From: Octopus vulgaris
Lineage: Eukaryota
Direction of reading: 5' to 3'
Length of the DNA: 64,000 nucleotides
NCBI GenBank assembly: GCA_951406725.2
Contig: OX597820.1
Location: forward strand, 69,812,001 to 69,876,000
Shown: positions 54,256-64,000 of the stretch, one piece after another
Position numbering within the stretch: position 1 is the first letter of the stretch
Layout of the letters: the number at the start of each line of letters is the position of its first letter
The notes under the pieces: generated by a model
Database searches by the model: none
What the model saw: the letters and a program-made list of their open reading frames with translations, nothing else
Told to the model about the DNA's origin: nothing
Made by a program: the position numbers and the translations under genes

Positions 54256-55324
54256 TTGCGGTTTTTATTTATTTATCCAGTTTATTTGTTTATTTGTTTA
54301 CAAAAATAATCACTAATTAGATACGTTACACGTTACCTAAGATATACTAATAGAAAACACTACCTGCATTCACTAACAAATCCGTAGTTAGAATTCACTA
54401 GGCAAATTGTGCCCATAACAACCCTATATTATTATTGTTATTTTTGTCATTACCGTTGTTGAGATTGTATTGTTACAGTCTGTTATTTCCATTCGTACGT
54501 ATGTACCTACAGTTATTTATTTGTCTACTTATTTATTTACTTATATGTTTATATTCTTCTCTTATATTCTTTTATTATTTTGTTCTATATGATTCTTTTC
54601 CCATAGTTTTAGTTGCTTTAATTGTTTTACTTGTTGTATTTGTTTTATTAGTTTTATTTTGTTCGTTTACTTGTTCCTGCTGCCCATTGATTTAATTGAT
54701 AGCCATCAATGAACCAGAACCACGCTATTGCTTCCAAATAAGAGCTGAGCAATTGGGTTGTAGGACTGACCATGACCCCACTCCACTACACATAGAGGTT
54801 TCGAGATTAGTTGATGGGCAAAAATGTAACGAACACTTAACATCGCATCTTAGCCTCACCTAGTTTTCTCTCATTGATACACTCAGTACCGAATTTCCCA
54901 AGATGGGTTCATAAATTGCTTATGCCATATCCTTTGCAACGCTACACCTACTAACTGACATTCTACATATAAACGTTCGCCCCTGTAACATGGACTATAC
55001 CATCAAACCCACCACTAAAGTATTATGGAAACACAATGTGAACTACTGCCCAAAATTATCCCTCCTGAAAAAATTCCTTCTGAGAACGACTACATTCACC
55101 TACCCACCACTAGATGAAGTAACATGGACCTTATAAATATATTACGAGAAGTATGTCCCTTATTTCTCCTTGCTATGCCCACAACATTGTACTATGTTGT
55201 ATTTCCCTTGTATTCTTGTATTTGCTCTTACACTTATTCTTATTCTACTCTGTTTAGAAGGATAAGCACACCTTATCTATTCTTAACTGACTTTTATATG
55301 CGTTAGCCCCCACAGCTACTTAGA

Positions 55325-55449
55325 CCCTCTGAAGAAGCCTAGGGGCGCATCCATTATTCAACCCTTGTCTGCTCATCCTTGCATAACACTGAAGTGATGA
55401 AGATAACCTGGAAGATTTTGTTGCCTCTCGGCAGAAACGGCTGTAGGAA
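55325..55449 (+). ncRNA. type I hammerhead motif with ~100-nt stem II
   Basis: CTGAAGA AGCCTAGGGGC...GCCTCTCGGCA GAAAC GGCT GTA; stem I is weak. Confidence 0.55.
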
Positions 55450-55884
55450 GCTAGTACCTACACACCCATTTAGATTTTTGCTCAGTTGTTCATTTGTTTT
55501 TATATGCTTATATGTATTCATACCCTTGTCTCTGCAGTTACCAGGTTTTTTCCACTCAGTAATCTGTATCACTCATACATGTATGAGTATTCATCCAATA
55601 CATTTGAATAAACAGACATACTTGAATGTTTACCGGTTGATGTCTTTCGATTTTATATCCTGTCGGTGTTTTTATTTGCCGTATAAATTAAGGGTAAACC
55701 ACTCGTTTACTCCCGCCCATATACAATACTCAGTTGTGAGATTGCCAGGCAATAACTAGCACTTGGCTATGAATAATTAGGTACATTACCAGCAGTGAAT
55801 TGGATAGGTACTATCCTTTAGTTGGTTCCTCAAACTCTAGCTCACACAGAAATATATATCTATCTATATATATCTATCTATCTA

Positions 55885-55915
<31 letters not shown>

Positions 55916-56280
55916 GGGGGGGGTATACACCTCTAGGTTTATTTATACGACCTTGTAAAACAGCTCGAGTTGTGTCCCATGGTCCCTGGTGAACTTAGCC
56001 ATTTTGTAGATATCGAGGAAAATGTACCATCCAGCAATATATATTGAAGTGAATACATTCGCCAAAATCTTTTTAAAACAGTCTCCCACCTTGGCTATAT
56101 TCCAAACAGGGGAACCAATAAATTAAAAAGTATTTTAGCTTATCTTTACAAACAAATCTTACGCTACATCTGAGATTACTTATAACAGCACAAATGTGTA
56201 AAGTGTGAAATTATATTCCGAACAAAGTAAGAATATGAACACTTTATTCACGACTCTTCCCTGTAAACAATACTTGCAGC

Positions 56281-56429
56281 CACTAGAGTAGCTGGGGCGG
56301 GGAAGGGGTGGTCCGCCCGGCGCGGCACTTTTGGCTGTAGGATCCCTTTCGGATCTGTGTTTTTGTGGGGTCCGGGGGAGGCAAACGAAAGGGCCGCCCC
56401 GGGCGGCACACACTCTAGCTACGCTAGTG
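56281..56429. mobile_element. 149-bp hAT-like MITE with 8-bp TSD
   Basis: CTTGCAGC duplicated at 56273-56280 and 56430-56437; TIRs CACTAG(A/C)GTAGCT. Confidence 0.88.
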
Positions 56430-56637
56430 CTTGCAGCTAATCTTATTTTTGAAGCTAATAATCGTATGTTATGCCTACTTTCTACACTTGTCTGAGAGGT
56501 AAAATTTATCTCCATTTAAACATAGATGCTCTGTTAGAATAAATTTTACTGCGGTAGATACCATGAGAAAAACTCTACTGGTGCAAAATGCACGCTTGTT
56601 TACATCGTCTGCGAAGGGAGAAACACACACACACACT

Positions 56638-56689
<52 letters not shown>

Positions 56690-56707
56690 CGTGTGTGTGT
56701 GTATGTA

Positions 56708-56744
<37 letters not shown>

Positions 56745-59700
56745 ATGTATGTATGTATGTATGTATGTATGTATATATGCATACTTACACACACACCATC
56801 TCCAACGCCGAAACTACCTGTTCGCGTGATTTCGACCTTCGCTGATCTCGTCAATGATGGGCGCTCAACAGCTAATAATGAGACTAATTCGGGACATCTT
56901 TGATCATCGTTGACTTTCTTTTCCGTATTTGTCAAATTAGCAATAAAAAAAATGATATATTGGTACAATATGATATTGATAATATCTAAAAAGAAGACAC
57001 ATTTTCGTTCAATTTTAGTGAAAGTAGCATTGACCATGAGGTATTGATGTCATCAGACGGTATCTAACGATTATCGGGTGTTTCGAACCTGACCTGCCAC
57101 ACCTTCCCGTTGATGATCAACGACGATAGACAAATCACTGTTCATTGTCTACTTCTGTTTTCCAACTTAACTCCTCTCTCTAGTCTCGTAACGAGCAAGA
57201 GGCTCTTTCTTCTTCCTCCCTATCCTGCGCATCCTTTCACTTTTTACTTTTTATTCCATTGGTTATAAGCATTCTATATATTGACTGGGCAGATAATACT
57301 TTGCAACCAGTCTCGACTGGGAATAGCCATTACTGCCATCTTTTCTCCCTGCCATCCTGCATCTTGTTAAATAGACCCCAAACTTCAGTTTAATCACCGA
57401 GGAAAATAATTCACAGACGCAATTCGAGGAAAAATAAGTTTGTGATAAAGGAGAGAGGATAATTTTCATGGATTAGTCAATTACTAATACGTATGTGGTG
57501 AGAAGAAGAAATCCTCAATTCAAAGACTATCATTTCAGTTTAATTTTTGCAAGAAAGAATAATAACTCTGAACAGGTTTCATTCTTATTAGACCCTCACC
57601 GGCGTAACATTCTGCGAAATTCTGGTCTTGATGTTTCTTCACATCAAATTCGAGAAGAAAAATATCTTACATGGACACAGAAAGTTATTTCGATTTTTTA
57701 AAGGGGCGATATTCTAGAAACCTACACTATATTCATTTCCAATGGATCTTACTTCTACAATTCTCACACTGCTCTTAACATATAAATTGATTTACACAGT
57801 TGCTATGAGACTATGTACAAATATATGAATGTATTCATACACTTACATATGTTTACGCGTATTTCGTCTCCACTCTCTAGAACCTAATCATTTTCCTGAC
57901 TGCTTAAGTTATCAGCGTGAAGCCATGGTGTAGATTTAAATATACATACACACACATACATGTGCATATATGCGTGTGCATATATGTATGTTTGTATGTG
58001 TATATACATGTATATATCGAGTGTATGCAGCGTGTGTGAATAAGTCTGAGTGAGTTATGTGTCAATATATTTCTGTACATGTATGGTTTGTGCTTGTATA
58101 CCGATTGAAATGAACTGTAATGAATCATTAAAACACGGCAAACTCTTTACATCTCAGCTAAATAAATATTCATTCAAGTTCGGAAATGCCATATTATTTC
58201 AAAGTAAGTTGCTGATTTCTCTTTCGTCTTTTCATTCTTTCTCGCCCCCACTATCCAACTCTTTTTTCCTTTTTTCCTTTTTGACTCTCTCTGTCTCTCG
58301 CTCTCTCCTCTTTCGCAACACACGCTCATACACACATATATTTACAGAGATAAAGGTGTGTGTGAGAGAGAAAAACATACATACATACATATACATACAC
58401 ACGCACACACACACATATATATATATGCATTCATATACATATATTACATGCACATTCATCCATACATACAATGCATATGTCGAGAGCTATACATTTGTGT
58501 GTGTGTGCGCGTGTGTGTGTGTGTGCGTGTGTAAAACTCTTTCTTTCGGTCCTTCTAACTTTCTTTTCTTCTTTTTATCTAAGGTAAATTCAGTTCGTTA
58601 CAAAGAAATATTAGAGACATGATGTTAAGTAAAAATAAATACATAAATAAATATAATATATACATATAAGAAACAACACAGAAAGGAATTGGTGAATTAT
58701 TGTATACTGTAAAAGTTTCAAAGTAACTTGTTAATATTTTCTGAATTAAAAGATGTAGGGGTTCAGTTAATTTCGAAAGAATTACCTCTTGCCTGGAGAA
58801 AATACCCTGCGGGAAGTCCCTGCTACTGATAGATTTTTCCGAGTTCAAATACTTGTAGTACAGTGTTTTCGTATTGTGTTACTGGCTTCCAATCTATGAG
58901 GCATTCTGTCGTTTTATAACCCCCACACTCCACTGAAAGACGAGCAGAAAGGAACCCATAGAGTTTCAGGGAATCGGAAATGTAAAAAGTAAATTAACAT
59001 TTGAATCAAGGAACTTTTTCTTTCTTTTTCTTTCTTTTCTTTTACGTTTTGCTTTATCCCAATAATCTACCTTCTGTAGTCATCACACAACATTTCGCAT
59101 TTTCCATCTCATATTTATTGTATCTGCTGCATTGCTGCGAAAGTTGAAATCCATGTTCCGATATGTTATATATTTATTTATTTGTCTGTTTATTTCGAGA
59201 GTAGATACGTTTCTATTCTGCATTTAGTATCCTTCTCTACTAATAACCAAGTTATTTTTCCCTACTGAACCCCCATTAAAATTGTAGTTACCATAAATTA
59301 TTCATTTCGCGAATAAGTTATCTTCCATAAAGAGGTAGATATAGGATATGGCAGTTTACTGCTTGAGGTATTACTCTTCATGCCTGAAGGCTTTAGTTGC
59401 ACCTCTGATTCGTTGACGCTGCCAGGTTATATTAACTCTTGCTGGACTAAACTAAAGTTTCTTACCCTGGGAAACAATGCATCTCCCAGACACACAAGCT
59501 TCTGCTTGACAGCTAAATTGCTTAACCACGTTCTGTTAAGCAACATGCTGTTTAGATATATCTTTTTTATAAACAATTATTATTCATGAAATCGGACTCT
59601 TGTTTTCAATAAGTGTTCCAGGTCAAATTGGTTAACTGAACTCTAGAAAGTGACCTCTTTATATTCATCGGCATATAGTATGCCGTGGATTTGAACTCTT

Positions 59701-62054
59701 CGTTCATTAGTTTGTATCCTAATATCAGTTGAAATAAACATCGAAAATACTTTGCTCTGCACAGAAACTGCAGGAGCTACTCAGAGGTATTGTATGAAAT
59801 TCTGAACCCATCACAATGTCGAAATCCTTCCGTATCATCAGCCAGTGTTCAGGGTCACAAGGGTTTCGCTCCTTAGCCACTATTCGTCTCCTGAGTGGGT
59901 CAACGAGAACTGAACAAGTCTTCGCCTGCAGAAGAGTTCCAATTGTGGTCTCTTATCAACGATAGCCACTTTGAGCTGATTTCAGTTGCTAGGTCTATCA
60001 CCTCGGTGGCTATTTTCTTTTTAGTTGTTTGGGTTGGGTTCTACCATTCTAATCGTCTGATAGAAGCAGCACATTGATCCAGACGGAAAACCGAATTATT
60101 CGACTTCAATAGAGAATGAGGTCGATTGCTATCCTTTAACAAGGGTTTTTTGTCGATCAAATTCTAATATGTCTTAAAACTTTTTTTTTAGCTGGTGAAA
60201 AATATCGAGTATTTCTTCCCATTCTTAACCACGATTATTGTTTTGCTCTCCTGGAGAGCAGGTCGATGTCATATTATAGCTTTCTTCTCTGAGATTACGA
60301 GTCTGCTCTCTAGTCCTCTTACATTTTCCAACCTGAGGTTGGATGCAAAACAGAAAACGGTTTCCCTACAGTTACTTTCGCCACAGGAACATTGTCACCG
60401 TCCCTTAGGAACTTGATAGCTTTGGGCGGTGGTGGCAGCGGTTTGCTATTCTTAACCCTTTGCAGATAGATTATCCATTTCACTATTTCTTGTTCCCAAA
60501 GGTATCCAACCAAAATATGGTTCAAGGTGCTTACAGGATGACCCTTCCGCTTTGTCTTATATTTTAAGGTTTTGAGGGGTTAGTAAGACGTCTTCAATGG
60601 CTCCCAGGACGAAGGACAACCTTCCCTCATTAGTACTCTACAGTTCCTTCCAGGACAGAGAGTGCTCGAATGCCTGGCTCCACTGTATCCTTTGTCCTGG
60701 TTATTCAGTGACAGTTCCAATGTACGTTGACTAAATACTATAGTCAGCAGTCAATTGACAGGGTAATAATTCAAATCAGAGTGTAAAAATGAACCCATTA
60801 TTTTCTTCTTTTACATGAATCGTTAGCCCATTATCGCCCCACTCTTTGCATGAATCACTACTCTATTATCACTCCACCTTTTTTCAATGTCCCCTTGGAA
60901 GCTTCCTCCCCCAAGGGGGAGCTATACCGTCCACTTTGGGAACCACTGATGTAATTAGAGAGCAAGCCTTATTCTACATTTCTCATTTGAATAACTGGTC
61001 AGAAATACCAGCTGTATTTGTGGGTGAACTTAACTGCCGTAATGTAGTGTGCTCTTTTGATAAGCATTTACGTTTTATTTTCCTTTCCTATCAATCGTAA
61101 CGTAACAAAAAAAAAAGAATTAAAATTCTCTTAAGGTATCTGGAAGCGTTTTTATCTTTTTAACATGCAATGATTTTTGCGTGCGAGGCACAGATTATCG
61201 ATCTAAATATGTCCGTTTCATCATGCAAGTTTTTCTATTCTTTTCTTTTTTTCATCATTGATGTCCTGAGGTTGTTTCCAGCTGGGAAAATACATCTCGT
61301 TTTTATTCAGTAAAGCTCTACACCGATACAATTGCACGCACACACACACACTCACACACACACACACACACACATACACACACACACACATACACACGCA
61401 CAAACACTCACGCATACACACATATGCATGCCCCAGCATGACCGCAGCTTTGAAGCTGAAACATTTTAAAGAGTTACGTAAATGCTTGAAATGTAGAGTA
61501 GATAAAACAGCAGACAACTGATGAAGGGTCATTTTTATGTTGCTTGTCTTATTTTCCATTTTTGTTTCTTTCGTTGTTTGCATAAAAGTTCGCATTCCAT
61601 GTTTTCGTATTTCATGTTGTTTACACTCTCTATGACGTCCTCTACCCATATATGCATGTGCATATACGTATATATGTAATTATGTACATATATGTATGTA
61701 TATATGCATATATATATATATATATATATTATTTATATTATTATACGATTGAACGTCACGCATCCATTTCCAAGTAAGTCTTATCTATATCTATTTATTT
61801 ATCTGTATATATATATATATATATACATATATATACCAACACCAAAGAAATCTTCACAGTTTCAACCAAATACATCCACAAGGCTTTGCTCCGTCTGGAG
61901 GCAAATCAGAAGACGCGTGATCTGGTTGCAGTGCAATGTGCCTCAGTTCGAAACCAAGTGGTCGCAAAGTGTAATTCTTGATCATACAGCCATGACCGCG
62001 TTTATAATAACTGCATTGGAAAAGATCTTAAACATTCAGTAGTTGACATATGCT

Positions 62055-62450
62055 TTTCTTCTCTAGGTACAAGGCCCGGAATTTTGTGAGAGGGGGAGGC
62101 AGTCGATTAGATCAACTCCAATATGCAACTGGTACCTAATTTATCGACCCCGAAAGGATAAAAGACGAAGTCGACCTCGGCGGAATTTGAACTCAGGACG
62201 TAAAGACAGATGAAATACCTATTTCTTTATTACCCACAAGGGGCTAAACATAGAGGGGACAAACATGGACAGACATAGGTATTAAGTCGATTACATCGAC
62301 CCCAGTGCATAACTGGTACTTAATTTATCGACCCCGAAAGGATGAAAGGCAAATCGACCTCGGCGGAATTTGAACTCAGGACGTAAAGACAGATGAAATA
62401 CCACTAAGCATTTCGCCCGACGCGCTTTCGTGTCTGCCAACTCGTCGCCT
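62055..62450 (-). mobile_element. SINE family A, dimeric form
   Basis: Collinear with 100-487, including the linker. Confidence 0.9.
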
Positions 62451-62820
62451 TCGGTAGTTAACTTATTAACACTCAAAATCTCACTTATTGCTTTATTGTT
62501 CTAAAACCTAAAACTATTTACGTCCATGTTCGATCAAAAGCATTTATTTCTTTTGAAACTGTGTGAGTCCGTGTCTATGTTTGTGACCCTCACACCGTTT
62601 AAAAACCGGTGTTAGTTTGTTTAAAGTTTCCGTAACTTTGTCGTTCGTCGTAAGACACCGGCAGAATAAGTATTAACTATAAGATTAAAAAATAAATACT
62701 GCGGTCAATCTATTCGACTACATCCCTTCACGGTGGTGCCCCAGCATGGCCGGAGTCCATTGACTAAAACAAGTAAATGATAAAAGATGATACTGATTTT
62801 TTTTTCTTTCCATCTTTCTA

Positions 62821-63034
62821 CGAAGTGGACTGAAAGTTCCTGGTTTAAAAGGTATCACAAAAGAGCCGTTTGGAGGCCCAACCCTCCGAGTTTTATCTAC
62901 AGAGCTTGGAAATACTGAAGGACCGTTGCAGTAAGTGTGTGAATCTGAGGGGGAAATGTTGAATAAAATCATAATTAACTAACCCTCCTGTATTATCTTT
63001 CACCGGAAACCAGGAACTTTTCAGTACCTACTCA
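62821..63034 (+). mobile_element. mariner-derived MITE (internal deletion derivative)
   Basis: TA-flanked TIRs (GGACTGAAAGTTCCTGGTTT / AAACCAGGAACTTTTCAGTACC); retains the transposase C-terminus LEILKDRCSKCVNLRG. Confidence 0.75.
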
Positions 63035-63134
63035 TACGAATGCTTCCTCCAAGATACAAATTATTTGGTCAATAAAAGTTTAGTTAATTAATTACACCTG
63101 CAATAGGTATAATAATTATCGTTTACCTTCTATA

Positions 63135-63550
63135 TCTTTCAATGATTGGACTGCGACCATACTGGAGCAACGCCTTGAAAGATTTTAATCAAACAAATCG
63201 GTCCGATTACTAACTAATTGTTAAAGTCTGGAACTTATTCTATTTATCACTTTTGCTGAACCAATCAATTTTGGGAACGTAAACAAACCAACACCGATTG
63301 TCAAACGGAGTTGGTGAGACAAAGATACGCCTGCACACATGCAAACACAGACAGACACATATATAAATATAAACACACATATGTATATATAGACGATTGG
63401 CTTCCAAACAGTTTCCGCCAAATTCACTCTCGAGACAGTAGTCGGCTCAAAACTATAGTAGGAGTACCATTCCCAAGGTGTAGCGCAGTGGAGCCGAACG
63501 CGAAACTATGTGGTTCAAAGCAAGCTTGTTAACCAAACAGCCATGCCTGT
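63135..63550 (-). mobile_element. SINE family B, old diverged copy
   Basis: Tail, body and head are recognisable; another diverged 3' half lies at 62560-62785 (plus). Confidence 0.65.
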
Positions 63551-63929
63551 GCTATTCCTTTTGATAAGTACATCAATTCTGAAATTAAATCGAGAATATA
63601 GTGAAATGAAATTAATCTTTGGCAAGTTAAATCCTGATGTAGCCATCGTCCTATAGGTACGTATTTGATGCTTGATGACTGATTTTTTTTTGCTCTGGGG
63701 AAGATATCATTGAGTCGGTGGTTCCTTATATTTTCAGTTGATCAAACGATTGATTCATAAAATTGAACCATGAACGCAGATAATCGTTTGTGGTTGAATT
63801 TTATATATATCTGCATACCTTCAATGTTGTAAATGCATATAACCCATTATATTTGTCTATTATATTTACATATATAATATACACATACATATATATGTAC
63901 ATTATGTGTGTTTGTGTGTTTGTATGTGC

Positions 63930-63999
<70 letters not shown>

Positions 64000-64000
64000 A

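Overview
AT-rich, microsatellite-saturated eukaryotic DNA with no recognisable host gene. The SINE types and the (AT)n/(GT)n/(ACAT)n/(AGAT)n density suggest a coleoid cephalopod, probably Octopus; this is recalled and was not verified by a search. Nearly all listed ORFs are microsatellite artefacts. Supported content: three groups of tRNA-derived SINEs (about 35 copies or fragments), a 5'-truncated APE+RT LINE whose 3' end matches the commonest SINE's tail, RTE and RLE-type LINE fragments, a TIR-bounded DD37D Tc1/mariner element, mariner fragments, MITEs, possible Helitron-type ends and a Penelope-like element (PLE) GIY-YIG fragment. The most notable signal is a set of at least eight unrelated elements, most of them embedded in (TA)n tracts, that each carry a type I hammerhead ribozyme (HHR) motif. 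Many are inverted duplications with the ribozymes pointing outward. They include a ~358-bp tandem+inverted retrozyme-like unit and HHRs with non-canonical cores (A3-U8 swap, U4C). All alignments and folds were done by eye.
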